Source: Thermoanaerobaculia bacterium (lineage in GTDB: Bacteria; Acidobacteriota; Thermoanaerobaculia; Gp7-AA8). From it: a stretch of DNA of 64,000 bases. A program made the position numbers and the translations under genes. Below, one piece after another: positions 9,612 to 19,193 of the stretch (positions are counted from its first letter, which is position 1; every line of letters begins with the position of its first letter). The notes under the pieces are model-generated. The model saw nothing but the letters and a program-made list of their open reading frames with translations, searched no databases and was not told the origin of the DNA. The stretch spans positions 3,041 through 67,040 of the forward strand of contig DASVEE010000025.1 of NCBI GenBank assembly GCA_036380735.1, in the 5' to 3' direction.

Positions 9612-10841
9612 TCACATGAAGTTCGGCGTGTGCAGGTCGGACAGCATCTGCGCCTGTTCAGCCGTGAAGCCGGCGCTGCGGAGGCGGCGGGTGCGGCCTT
9701 CGTGCATCGTGGCCAGCAGCTCGCGGAAGGCGTCGTGGCCGTGGCGGATGCGTTTGGGGTCGCTGCTGCCGGCGGCGTAGATCGTCAGCGCGTCCTGGAC
9801 CGGGGCCGGGACTCCGCCGGTGCCGGAGAGGGTTGCGGCGCGGTGGCGCACGGCCAGCTCGAGGCGGGGGTAGAGCGTGGCGTCGTGCGCGAGCGCGTGG
9901 CGCACGTGGGCCATGCCGAAGTGCACGTGACGGGCTTCGTCGATGCGGGCGCGGCGCGCGAGCTCCGCGGTGGCTTCGTCGGGGGCGAAGCGCTCGACGT
10001 ACGCCAGCAGGTCGAGGAACGTTCCCTCGCCTAGCACGGACAGCAGGAACGCCGACTCGGTGAAGTCGTGGACCTGCAGCAGCGAGTGCAGGGAGTGCGA
10101 CGTCGTCGACGATGAGATCGCCGAGGGCGATGCCGTCGCTCGCGCGCGGCGGAGGAAGACGTCGATGTGGCGCGACTCGTCCTGCATCTGCGTGGCCAGG
10201 AACATCGCCACGCCGACGTACGCCGGATGCAGCCGCGCGATGAAGCGGGACGGCACGTAGAGCGCGGACAGCTCGTTTTCGGCGAGGAACGTCATCACCT
10301 GCCGCACCGCCAGCTCCAGCGCCGGCTCGTGCCGCGGGATCGTGTCCCACGGGATGTCGCGCGCCGCGCTCCATTGCGCCGCGACGGCCTGTTCGTACAG
10401 CTCCGTCACTTCCGGAGCCGTGACGTGATCGCGCTCGACGAGATCGAACGGGTAGAGCGGCCCGCCGGCTTCGACGACCGTGCCGTGCGGTGCGAAGCCG
10501 GTTGCCGCATCGGCGCGCGGCGGCAGCTCCTGCGCAACGTCGTTCGCCGGCTCCGCGCTGCGATGCACGCCGAAGCGGCCGCGCCGCACGAGGTAGTGCG
10601 TCGTGCCGTCGCCGAGAACTTCCGCGCCGAGGTAGTCGTTCCGCTCGGCGCGGCACCACGATTCGAGATCGTCCGCGACGCCGCGGCCGCGCGAGAGGAT
10701 CGCCAGCAGTCCTCCCGGCTCGAGCAGCGTCAGCGCCGGCCGCACGAGCGCCAGCAGACCGCCGCCGAGCGGCAGGTCGCCGCCGTCGATGGCGATCGCG
10801 CCGGCCGGGGAGGGGCGCTCCTCCCAGCGATCCGCGGTCAT
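9612..10841 (-). CDS. ferritin-like diiron-carboxylate protein (AurF/diiron-oxygenase-like) with unknown ~120-aa N-terminal domain
   Basis: 409 aa; two E-x-x-H motifs about 90 aa apart (QMQDESRH, IDEARH) plus further conserved Glu in helical context, typical of diiron carboxylate proteins; 4-nt spacing from upstream gene. Confidence 0.55.
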   Translation of the reverse strand: MTADRWEERPSPAGAIAIDGGDLPLGGGLLALVRPALTLLEPGGLLAILSRGRGVADDLESWCRAERNDYLGAEVLGDGTTHYLVRRGRFGVHRSAEPANDVAQELPPRADAATGFAPHGTVVEAGGPLYPFDLVERDHVTAPEVTELYEQAVAAQWSAARDIPWDTIPRHEPALELAVRQVMTFLAENELSALYVPSRFIARLHPAYVGVAMFLATQMQDESRHIDVFLRRARATASPSAISSSTTSHSLHSLLQVHDFTESAFLLSVLGEGTFLDLLAYVERFAPDEATAELARRARIDEARHVHFGMAHVRHALAHDATLYPRLELAVRHRAATLSGTGGVPAPVQDALTIYAAGSSDPKRIRHGHDAFRELLATMHEGRTRRLRSAGFTAEQAQMLSDLHTPNFM

Positions 10842-10844
10842 CGG

Positions 10845-11663
10845 CTAACCCGCCGCGGCGAGCGTGCGCTCCTCCGCCAGCGCGTCGATGAGGCTCTGGT
10901 ACCCCTCCTCGCGCGGCGGCATCCATTCGCGCAGCCCCTCCAGCTCCAGCAGGCGCCGGTGCACGGGATCGTCCCAGCGCATCGCGAACAGCGAACGCAC
11001 GAAACCTTCGCGCTTCACCGGCGACAGCGTCGGCAGCGCGTCGAACATGCAGTGGTCGAAGCCGGGCGTGGTGTAGAGCACTTCGAGCCGCGCCGGATCG
11101 ACGTGTCCGGCGGCCTGCTCCAGCACCCACACGAGGTCGCCCACCGCTCCGGCATCCGCGCGTCCTTCGACCAGCGCGCGCAGCACGTCGAGCTCACTGG
11201 TTCCCGTGTCGCCGTGCTTCCCGAGGTCGGTGTCGAAGGGGACGAGGTGAACGCGACCGAGGTCGACGCCCTCCTCCTTCAGAAAGTGCAGCGGGAGAAT
11301 GCGCGCCTGCGTCGAGTCGCGGCTGCCGACGGCGAGCCGCCGCCCGTGCAGGTCCTGCAGCGACGTGATGCCGGCATCGGTGCGCACGATGATCTTCGCG
11401 TGGAAGTCGCGATCGGAGTCGCGCATGCCGAGGGAGAGGCTCGCACCGGCGGTGCGCTGGCGGACGCGCACGTGCGCCAGCGGCGTGTTCCACGCGATGT
11501 CGATATGACCGGCGAGCAGCGACTCGACCTGCCGCTCGTAGTTCGAGAAGAGCGCGAAGTCGAGCGGCGTGCCCGACTCGTTGAAGTACTGGCGAATGCC
11601 TTCCCAGATCGAGACGACCTTCGGATCGTAGGCGACGGCGCCGAGGAGAATCGTGTTGTCCAT
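10845..11663 (-). CDS. PhnD/SsuA/transferrin-family substrate-binding-like protein (no signal peptide)
   Basis: Start MDNTILLGAVAYDPKV 14 nt after the upstream stop. The longer listed ORF (to 12119) overlaps the acyl-CoA dehydrogenase gene and is rejected. PhnD-like motifs (DIAWNTPLAHV, SLQDLHGRRLAVGSRDSTQARILP). Confidence 0.7.
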   Translation of the reverse strand: MDNTILLGAVAYDPKVVSIWEGIRQYFNESGTPLDFALFSNYERQVESLLAGHIDIAWNTPLAHVRVRQRTAGASLSLGMRDSDRDFHAKIIVRTDAGITSLQDLHGRRLAVGSRDSTQARILPLHFLKEEGVDLGRVHLVPFDTDLGKHGDTGTSELDVLRALVEGRADAGAVGDLVWVLEQAAGHVDPARLEVLYTTPGFDHCMFDALPTLSPVKREGFVRSLFAMRWDDPVHRRLLELEGLREWMPPREEGYQSLIDALAEERTLAAAG

Positions 11664-11677
11664 TGCTGCGTCTCCGT

Positions 11678-12844
11678 TCAGAACAGCGGGAGGCCGGTGA
11701 GCGCGCGGCCGACGAAGTCGCGCAGGTGATCGGCGGTCGGCGCCATCACCCAGCCGGCGCGCGCATCGCGGAAGAAGCGCTCCACGCCAACCTGCTTTGA
11801 GAACGCCGCACCGCCGCACGCTTTCATCGCCAGGTCGGTCACGTCGGTCGCCGCTTCGATCGCGGCGAGCCGCGACTGCAGCACGAACAAAGGCGCGGCG
11901 TCGGAGCCGCTTTCGATCACATCCAGCGTGTAGCCGAGGAGGGCGCGCGACTGCGAGACGCGCACGCTCATGTCGGCGAGGCGCGCGCGAAGCGTCGGCA
12001 GGTCGCGGAGCGCGGTGCCGGTGTGGGCGAAGCCGGTCGCCTGCATGTGCTGCGCGGTGCGCGCCGTGGCGGCGCGGCTGATGCCGTTCGCCATCGCCGC
12101 GGTGCCGATCGAGAACCACGGCAGCACGACCTGCAGCATCGTGTTCGCCCCTTCACCCTGGGCGCTGATGAGCTCACCCGCATCGACATGCAGCTCTTCG
12201 AGTGCGACGGGCGACGAGTCGTTGCCGCGCAGCCCGAGGCCGCGGAAGTCGCCGGAGGTACGCACGCCGGTGGTGCCGCGGCGGATGAGATAGATCGTCG
12301 ATTCGAGCGGGGAGGCGGCGCCGGGACGCTGCGCGCTGGAGACGTAGGAGTCGGCGTGATCCGCCGAGGTGACCCACGACTTGGACGCGGAGGTGATGAA
12401 GCCGCCGTTGCCGTCGGACTCGAGGCGCGACACCGGCGCCCAGAACTGCGAGCGCGAGCCGGTCTCGGAGAACGCGAGCGTCGTGAGGTGACGGCCGGCC
12501 GCGATCTCGCGCAGGATCTCGTCGCGCTGCTTCAGCGTGGGCGAAGAGGCGATCGCCTGCGCCGCCGTCACGTGCATGACGTAGATCATCGCCGTCGAGG
12601 GGCACGCGGTCGCGAGCTCCTCGACCACGCCGGCGAACGCGCGCATCGACTGACCGCCGCCGCCGAGCTGCGCCGGCACGCACAGGCCGAGCAGCCCCGC
12701 CGACGCGAGCGCGTCGAGATTCTGGCGCGGGAACGTCCCGGCTTCATCGACCGCCGCGGCATTCGCCGCGACGATTCCGGCAGCGAGCTGCGTGGCGGTT
12801 TCCAAGTGGGGGTTCTGCTCTGCTTTCAGGTAAGGATGAATCAA
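11678..12844 (-). CDS. acyl-CoA dehydrogenase family protein
   Basis: 388 aa; TTG start 7 nt downstream of an AGGAG SD; acyl-CoA dehydrogenase-fold similarity throughout (N-terminal alpha domain, middle beta domain SQFWAPVSRLESDGNGGFITSASKSWVTSA, C-terminal helical domain). Confidence 0.85.
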   Translation of the reverse strand: MIHPYLKAEQNPHLETATQLAAGIVAANAAAVDEAGTFPRQNLDALASAGLLGLCVPAQLGGGGQSMRAFAGVVEELATACPSTAMIYVMHVTAAQAIASSPTLKQRDEILREIAAGRHLTTLAFSETGSRSQFWAPVSRLESDGNGGFITSASKSWVTSADHADSYVSSAQRPGAASPLESTIYLIRRGTTGVRTSGDFRGLGLRGNDSSPVALEELHVDAGELISAQGEGANTMLQVVLPWFSIGTAAMANGISRAATARTAQHMQATGFAHTGTALRDLPTLRARLADMSVRVSQSRALLGYTLDVIESGSDAAPLFVLQSRLAAIEAATDVTDLAMKACGGAAFSKQVGVERFFRDARAGWVMAPTADHLRDFVGRALTGLPLF

Positions 12845-12981
12845 TGCGTACTCCTTCGATGGGGGCGTAAGTATAGCGAGGTGCGTTGGCGGCGGATGGA
12901 CGACTCCGCTGACATAAGGACGGCACGTGATTGGCAGAACGCGACTCTTCGTCTGGAAGCACGTTGCAATGGAGGCATCTC

Positions 12982-13590
12982 GTGATCAAACGTACAGTCA
13001 TCGCTCTCGCACTTCTCCTGCTCCCTCTCGCCGCTACTGCACAGCCGGCCAATGAGTTCGGCATCTTCATCTCCACCTCTCAGTTCGATGACGCCGTGCT
13101 CACCGACGGCATCGATGAAGCCGACGTCGAGTTCGACGAGGACATGGGGTATGGCGTGCTGTACAACCGCTTCTGGTTCGGCGGCTTCTCGACCGAGTTC
13201 GCCTACCAGCGCCTCGGTGCCGATCTCACCCTCTCCTTCCAGGACATCACGGAAGACGCGGGCGAGCTCGATCTCGACGTGCTCTCCGGGACGGCCCAGT
13301 TCCACTTCGCCCGCGGCGGCCTGATCAGCCCGTACATTGGCGCCGGCGTGGCCTATATCAGCGGCGAAGCGGGCGCGATCGACGAGGACGAGCTGGAAGC
13401 GGTCGATCTGGAAAGCGAAGTCGAGTTCCTCGCCAACGCCGGCCTCAACGTCAACTTCGGCCAGGGCTTCTCGATCTTCGCCGACGGCAAATACATCATG
13501 TACGAGGCCCGCGGCGAAGGCGATCCGGATGACGAAGCGCTGGAGCTGAACCCGCTGATCATCTCCGCTGGGATCAAGTTCCGCTTCTGA
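12982..13590 (+). CDS. outer-membrane beta-barrel protein (OmpW/OmpA-like small barrel)
   Basis: GTG start after GGAGG SD; signal peptide MIKRTVIALALLLLPLAATAQ; alternating amphipathic beta-strands; C-terminal GIKFRF aromatic terminus typical of OMPs. Confidence 0.7.
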   Translation: MIKRTVIALALLLLPLAATAQPANEFGIFISTSQFDDAVLTDGIDEADVEFDEDMGYGVLYNRFWFGGFSTEFAYQRLGADLTLSFQDITEDAGELDLDVLSGTAQFHFARGGLISPYIGAGVAYISGEAGAIDEDELEAVDLESEVEFLANAGLNVNFGQGFSIFADGKYIMYEARGEGDPDDEALELNPLIISAGIKFRF

Positions 13591-13601
13591 AGTTTGCCGT
13601 A

Positions 13602-13645
13602 CGAGTGGATGCCGCAGCCAGCCGGCATCCACTCGTGTTTCGCTT
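13602..13645 (+). terminator. rho-independent terminator-like hairpin
   Basis: CGAGTGGATGCCG-CAGCCAG-CCGGCATCCACTCG perfect 13-bp stem directly after the stop of the OMP gene, followed by GTGTTTCGCTT. Confidence 0.6.
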
Positions 13646-14171
13646 GCCACACACGTAGCGCCCTCGCTCCGACGGTATGACCTGGGCGCATCACCGGATT
13701 GCACCACTCGTCCGCGGCTGAACGCGCTGACAGTTCCAGGTGCGCCGTGTCGCCGTGAGTCGTAAGGCGACTGAGATCGCGGGATGAACAGCAATTCTCG
13801 TGTCCCCTGAGAATCGACTGCAACCGAGCCTTCTAGAACCGACCACAAAAACAAATAGAAGCTCGTCGATCGCATCGAGTGCGCGGCGTCTAGGCATTGT
13901 GGATTGGCGGCCGGCGCCTGTCCCGCCACAAAAAGGTCGAATCGGGAGCCCGGACGATGGACATCGAGCCATTCATTGCCATGAGACAGCTTGCCGTGGC
14001 AAAAGCAGATTTTCGAGTCTGCATTTAGCCCATGCGTCCTCGGTGCTATGCTACGCGCACACTTAATTCAACAATCACTGACCGGGCGGTTCTCAAGAGC
14101 TGATGTCCGGCTGCGGCTTTCAATTTCGACGGCACAGCCGCGCGTTTCCTCCGCCAGAGGAAGGAGAAGCA

Positions 14172-17100
14172 ATGAAGAAGTGGACGCCATTTTTCTGCGG
14201 GCTCGCGATCATTCTGTTGTCATCTACAGGTGCGGCGGCGGGCGAGATGGACCGTTCACAAAACCCACCGAGCTCTCGTGAATTGAGCGTCGCACTCGAA
14301 ACTAAGCCATCCAAGCTCACTTCGGAATTCCAAGAGCTGGCTCGCCTCGATCGATGGCGCGGTCGAGCGGCGGCGCAGTCGTTTGCTGCCGAGCGCGGAC
14401 TTTCGTTCTCTGGCGCCACGGTCAAAGTGGTCATCCAGTTCGTCCCGGGAAGTGTGGTAGCTGTGAAAAGTCATCTCCACACGCTCGGTGCCACGGTAGA
14501 AACGGTCGCAACCGACCTGATTCTCGCGCGCGTTCCTGTCAGCGCGCTGCAGGCACTCGCATCGGCCGACGAGGTGAAGATCGTCCGACGGCCGCACGCC
14601 CCCACACCGTTTGGAGCCACGAGCGAAGGCGTCAATGCCATGGGTGCGATCGCATGGCATGCGGCGGGCCGAAAGGGAGCCGGCGTCAAAGTCGCCATTC
14701 TTGACCTCGGCTTCTCCGGCTATCAGTCGCTGATGGGCAGTGAGATCCCGAATATTCCACCGACACGGATCAAGTCATTCAGCGGCGACATCGGGGGCGG
14801 CACAGAACATGGCTTGGCGGTCGCCGAAATCGTCCACGATGTTGCGCCAGAGGCGGAGCTTTATCTCGCGAACTTCTCGAACGACGTGGAACTCGAGCTC
14901 GCTGTTCAATGGCTGATCGATCAGCGCGTCCATGTCATCAATGCCTCGTGGGGATATCCGTGCGGCGGACCATTGGACGGTACCGGACCGACGAACGCGC
15001 TCGTACGTCGCGCTGCAGAAGCGGGGATACTGTGGATCTCTGCCGCGGGAAACTTCGCACAGCGCCATTGGTCCGCGGCGTTCAACGACAGCAATGCCGA
15101 TGGATGGCACAACTTCGCCTCCAATGAGGAGGGGAACACCGTATTCCTGAACTCGGGAGACGAGCTCCGTGTCTGCGTGGCGTGGGACGATTGGACAAAG
15201 CGAGATCAGGACTTCGACCTTTATGTTTGGAACAGTAATGGAGCCATCGTCGGCTCCTCGACTAATAGCCAGGGCGGTCCCGACACACACGATCCGTCGG
15301 AACTCGTCACTTTCACCGCGAGCGCGACAGGCAACTATCACATTGGAGTGAAAAGAGATCGGGGAACGCGGAATCCCGTACTGCACCTCTACGCGTATCC
15401 TCCCGGCACGGAATGCGCGATCGAGGCGGTCGCCGCCGCTCACGATCCCATGCCGAGCGATTTTCTGGGCGAACTGCGCCAATTTCGGGATCACGTTCTT
15501 GCTCCTTCGCGATTCGGAAGGGTGCTGATCGAATCGTACTACCGCCACTCGGCTGAGCTTAGACGTACCCTGTTGTCCCATCCACTCCTGGCGATCGAAG
15601 CCGTGGCGCTGATGCGAGCGTCCCGGCCGGCGGTTCAATCTGTGCTGTTGAGCCGGCGCGGTGTTTCGAGCGACGGGGGCTTCGTCATCTCCGAGGCCTA
15701 CGCGTCGCGTGTCGACCGCTTTCTCGATCGAGTGAGCGAGGTCGCCTCACCAACGCTCGGTGCGGATCTTGCGGAGTTTCGCGCGAAAGCAGCGTTGTCC
15801 GCGGCCGCCGGTCAGAGTGTGCAGCAGTACTGGGAATCACTGCTCCGACAACCCCCGATCCTCAACGGCGCCGCAGACGCGACATATCCTGACCCGGGGT
15901 ACCTGCGCTACGCAACGCTGAGCACCAGCGTCGTGCCGCCGGCGGATTCGGCCTACTCCTTGACAGTTGGTGCGATCAACTGGGCGACCGGTGTCCTGGA
16001 GGAGTTCAGTTCCCGCGGTCCGACTGCGGATGGCCGGGTCAAGCCGGAAATCGCCGCAACCGACGGCGTTTGCACGGCAACCTATGGCAACTGCGGTATG
16101 GGCGGCTTCGCTGGCACCTCCGCTGCGGCTCCTCATGTTGCCGGTGCTGCGGCATTGGTCCAGCAGGTATATCCGCTGCGAACTCCCGCAGAAATCCGCA
16201 ATTTCCTGACCGGCCGCGCGGTGGATGTGTCACCCGCGGGAGCGGACAATCAGACGGGTGCGGGACGTCTTGCGCTGGGCGCGATGACTGATGTCGACGT
16301 TCTGCCAGCGCCATCCTTGTTGGGTCCGCTCGGAACGAATGCGCCGATCTGGCCCACGTTCCACTGGTCGGAGATCGATGGAGCGGCGTCTTATCGGCTC
16401 ATGGTGGCCACCAGCGCCACGGCATTGCCGACAGATCCGCTCACTCAGGCTTGCAGCGGTTGTCTAGTCAACACGACGGTCTCGACTTCCTACTTCACCC
16501 CGGCGGTGCCGTTGCTGGCGGCGTCTACGTATTACTTCCAGGTGCAGGGACGGACGGCAGTGAAGAATGGCCTATGGGCTCGCGCGACGTTTGTGACGTC
16601 CGTTTCCCCGGAGCTGACGCGGCCGGAACGCACTAATTTGATCGAGGAATCAGGACCGTGGCCGGCAGCCGCCGGCAAGGCCGTGTTGATCACGCATGGC
16701 TGGCGGGCAAGCGCTGCTCCGAAGGTCAGTGGAGAGCAAACCTGGGTTAAGGAAATGGCGGAAAAGATGTGTGGCCGGCTCTCCGCGGATCGGGTCGTCA
16801 CGTCCGTAGGAGCCGGGGCCCTGACGAAAATGTGTCAGGCGCAAGGGTGGGATGTTTGGGTGATGGACTGGAGCGCCAGAGCGGACACGGGGCTGCCCTG
16901 GAGCGCCGTTGCCAATGCCACGGCGATGGGCGAAGCAGTCGCTACAAACCTGATAACCAAAAACTATACGCATCTTCATTTGATTGCCCACAGTGCGGGA
17001 TCGAACCTGATTGACTCGGCGACGCGGCGACTGAAACTCTGGACGGCGCAGGAGAACCGTCCCGGGATCAACATTCACGAGACCTTTTTGGACGCGTACG

Positions 17101-18023
17101 AGCCGGCTCGGGATGCAGGACGCTATGGTGTAGCCGCGGACTGGGCGGACAATTATGTCGATACTCGTGACCTCGTTAAATATCACCTCGGCCTCGACGG
17201 CACGCAGCTGTTTCTGACGAACGCCTACAACATCGATGTCACGCCGCCCGGCCCAGACAGTCCGAATGTCAACGCTTTAGCTCGTCACGGAAGGCCCTAC
17301 CGTTTTTATGGTCTATCGGTCGCCTCCTCGTTTGTTGGTGACGGCGCTCACGCGGCAGCCGATCCTATTGGCGGCGGCGGTGGCGTTGGATATCCTCTTT
17401 CTGTTGAAATGAGTCGGTCGCTGAGCTCTCTCGGTGCCACATACAAAAGAGGTGAAGGATGTTTAGTGACCGGCTCCTCCTGTATTCCGCAGGTAAATCC
17501 GGCCCGGCGGGAGCGGTTGGGTCCCGTGAAGGCTTTGCAAACCGTCGTCTCCGCGGCCAGAGCTGTGACCTGGATTGCGAAACCTGGAAGTTCATTTCTG
17601 TTTGATCTCATCAAAATCGGTTTCGTATCCATGCTGTCTGAAGCTCCGAACGTAAGCACCGCAGTTGCTTCAGCAGTGCCGACGGAAGCACCTGCCCACA
17701 TCGTCATCGACGTGGTGACCACCCAGCCAGTCGATAAGTTGCGCTTCAACCGGCGCTTCGGTGCCACAGGCGAAGGCTTTTTGCGCGTCTTTGTCGGAGG
17801 GATGTTGGTGCGCGAAACGGACCAACGTCATGTCGCAGTCGGTTTGGCGGAGGTGGAGGAGATCTATATCGGCGGCGCAGCCGGTACGTTGCCGCCCGGG
17901 ACTCACCGCATCGTCTTTCGACTGGATGGTTTCGGCACGCGCGCCAGCGGGGTGGAAATTACCGGAGTCGAGTTGGGTCTGACCTCTGAATCGACGGCTC
18001 GTCGTCGAGCCGTGGGCCACTGA
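14172..18023 (+). CDS. secreted subtilisin-like (S8) serine peptidase fused to a C-terminal alpha/beta-hydrolase (lipase/esterase-like) domain
   Basis: ATG after GAGGAAGGAGAAG SD; signal peptide MKKWTPFFCGLAIILLSSTGAAAG; S8 triad in order D (VAILDLGFSG), H (HGLAVAEIVHD), S (GTSAAAPHVAG); central Ig/FN3-like region; C-terminal ~450 aa with VLITHGW oxyanion-type motif and nucleophile elbow IAHSAGS. The listed ORF starts upstream at 14103. Confidence 0.85.
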   Translation: MKKWTPFFCGLAIILLSSTGAAAGEMDRSQNPPSSRELSVALETKPSKLTSEFQELARLDRWRGRAAAQSFAAERGLSFSGATVKVVIQFVPGSVVAVKSHLHTLGATVETVATDLILARVPVSALQALASADEVKIVRRPHAPTPFGATSEGVNAMGAIAWHAAGRKGAGVKVAILDLGFSGYQSLMGSEIPNIPPTRIKSFSGDIGGGTEHGLAVAEIVHDVAPEAELYLANFSNDVELELAVQWLIDQRVHVINASWGYPCGGPLDGTGPTNALVRRAAEAGILWISAAGNFAQRHWSAAFNDSNADGWHNFASNEEGNTVFLNSGDELRVCVAWDDWTKRDQDFDLYVWNSNGAIVGSSTNSQGGPDTHDPSELVTFTASATGNYHIGVKRDRGTRNPVLHLYAYPPGTECAIEAVAAAHDPMPSDFLGELRQFRDHVLAPSRFGRVLIESYYRHSAELRRTLLSHPLLAIEAVALMRASRPAVQSVLLSRRGVSSDGGFVISEAYASRVDRFLDRVSEVASPTLGADLAEFRAKAALSAAAGQSVQQYWESLLRQPPILNGAADATYPDPGYLRYATLSTSVVPPADSAYSLTVGAINWATGVLEEFSSRGPTADGRVKPEIAATDGVCTATYGNCGMGGFAGTSAAAPHVAGAAALVQQVYPLRTPAEIRNFLTGRAVDVSPAGADNQTGAGRLALGAMTDVDVLPAPSLLGPLGTNAPIWPTFHWSEIDGAASYRLMVATSATALPTDPLTQACSGCLVNTTVSTSYFTPAVPLLAASTYYFQVQGRTAVKNGLWARATFVTSVSPELTRPERTNLIEESGPWPAAAGKAVLITHGWRASAAPKVSGEQTWVKEMAEKMCGRLSADRVVTSVGAGALTKMCQAQGWDVWVMDWSARADTGLPWSAVANATAMGEAVATNLITKNYTHLHLIAHSAGSNLIDSATRRLKLWTAQENRPGINIHETFLDAYEPARDAGRYGVAADWADNYVDTRDLVKYHLGLDGTQLFLTNAYNIDVTPPGPDSPNVNALARHGRPYRFYGLSVASSFVGDGAHAAADPIGGGGGVGYPLSVEMSRSLSSLGATYKRGEGCLVTGSSCIPQVNPARRERLGPVKALQTVVSAARAVTWIAKPGSSFLFDLIKIGFVSMLSEAPNVSTAVASAVPTEAPAHIVIDVVTTQPVDKLRFNRRFGATGEGFLRVFVGGMLVRETDQRHVAVGLAEVEEIYIGGAAGTLPPGTHRIVFRLDGFGTRASGVEITGVELGLTSESTARRRAVGH

Positions 18024-18354
18024 CGGATGTATGTAGTCCCCTTACTCGCTGCGCGAGGTAAGTAAAGCGCAGTCGGCATTCCGACCACGCGGATGTTCCC
18101 GAGGGAACGGATTAGGCTGCCGATCAGCGGCGAGAGGTACAACTCCCAGTTTGGTCAATATGCTGAAAAACCTGGCGAGGCCCGCGAGCCACGCGCCGAA
18201 GCCGATGCGAAGCCCACAGAATGACGATTCGAGATGGGCATCCACGGGTGGCCGAGCAGCGTCGGTGACGTGTCACTGTCGCCGGTGTCACCTTCGAAGA
18301 GATCCGGCGATAGGAAGCGTGAACGTGCCCCCGGGGTGTGCGGGGAATCTGTAA

Positions 18355-18412
18355 CGGGACCATAGGTCTCATTCGTCTATGGGTCCAATTCGTCCCGTCC
18401 CATCGTTACCCC
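18355..18412. repeat. short degenerate ATAGGAC-family hairpin
   Basis: GGGACCATAGGTCTCATTCGTCTATGGGTCCAATTCGTCCCGTCCCATCGTTACCCCC between convergent genes; shares ATAGGTC / ATTCGTCCC / CCATCGTT termini with the family. Confidence 0.5.
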
Positions 18413-19191
18413 CGCTCTTTCCTGGTGACGAACATCCCGTAGCTGATGGCCGTCAACAGCACAAAAGACCCCGCCGCCAGCCACGGCAGCTGCGCGTACG
18501 CCGCAAAGTGCGCTCCCTTCGGGGTGCCGCGCAGGTAGTGCACGATCGTGTAGCCGTACGGCCACCACACCGCGAACTTCGACGAAACGGCCGCCAGCGC
18601 GCCGACCCAGGCCATGAAGCCGATGCCGATCGGCACCAGCGCGTTGCTCGCGCGGAGCGCCAGCAGGTACTGCGCGCCGACGATCGGCAGACAGGCGATG
18701 AAGTAGGCCGCGTTCTCCCGGAGCAGCGGCAACGCGAAGAAGCTGCCGCTCGGCGCGGGCACGCCGGGGACCAGCAGCGACGGCAGCATCGCCGCCGCGT
18801 AGATCCCCAGATTGAACAGCACGAGGAACTGCACCAGCATCACCAGGATCACCGCCAGCTTCGAGAGGAAGATGGACGCCGTGCTGACGGGGAGCGCGTG
18901 CACCTGCTTCCACGCATTGCTCTTGAACTCGAGCTGCGTGATGAGGCTCGTCGCCAGGATCGCGCCGAGCGGCAGGAAGAACACCGCCATCGACTCCCAG
19001 CACGCCCTCCACATGCTCGGCCAGAACGAAGCCGCCGCGTAAAGCGTGGGGAGCGTCTCCCAGTGGATCAGCCGCACGGTGGCGACGATCGCCGGCGTGA
19101 AGAGACTCCCCACCAGCACCATCGAGGAGGCGAAGCTCCGCTTCCGCTTGAGCCATTCGCTGTGAAAGACGTCGACAAAGGTGGCCGTCAC
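18406..19191 (-). CDS. ABC-2 family transporter permease
   Basis: 261 aa, 6 predicted TM helices; GTG start 2 nt after the stop of the upstream ATPase gene (GGAG SD inside it). Confidence 0.8.
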   Translation of the reverse strand: MTATFVDVFHSEWLKRKRSFASSMVLVGSLFTPAIVATVRLIHWETLPTLYAAASFWPSMWRACWESMAVFFLPLGAILATSLITQLEFKSNAWKQVHALPVSTASIFLSKLAVILVMLVQFLVLFNLGIYAAAMLPSLLVPGVPAPSGSFFALPLLRENAAYFIACLPIVGAQYLLALRASNALVPIGIGFMAWVGALAAVSSKFAVWWPYGYTIVHYLRGTPKGAHFAAYAQLPWLAAGSFVLLTAISYGMFVTRKERG

Positions 19192-19193
19192 CG

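Noticed and set aside
10845-12119. Long 424-aa version of the PhnD-like gene
   Set aside because: The N-terminal 150 residues are Arg/Pro-rich and overlap the acyl-CoA dehydrogenase gene; an internal Met with the family N-terminus lies 14 nt after the upstream stop.
13646-14171. About 520-bp gap between the OMP gene and the S8-hydrolase gene examined for tRNA/small genes (ORF 13800..14066)
   Set aside because: No cloverleaf-compatible sequence or conserved T-loop (GTTCRANYC) motif was seen; the 88-aa ORF has no SD and odd composition. More likely a promoter/leader region (lower-GC stretch TGCTATGCTACGCGCACACTTAATTCAACAATCAC).
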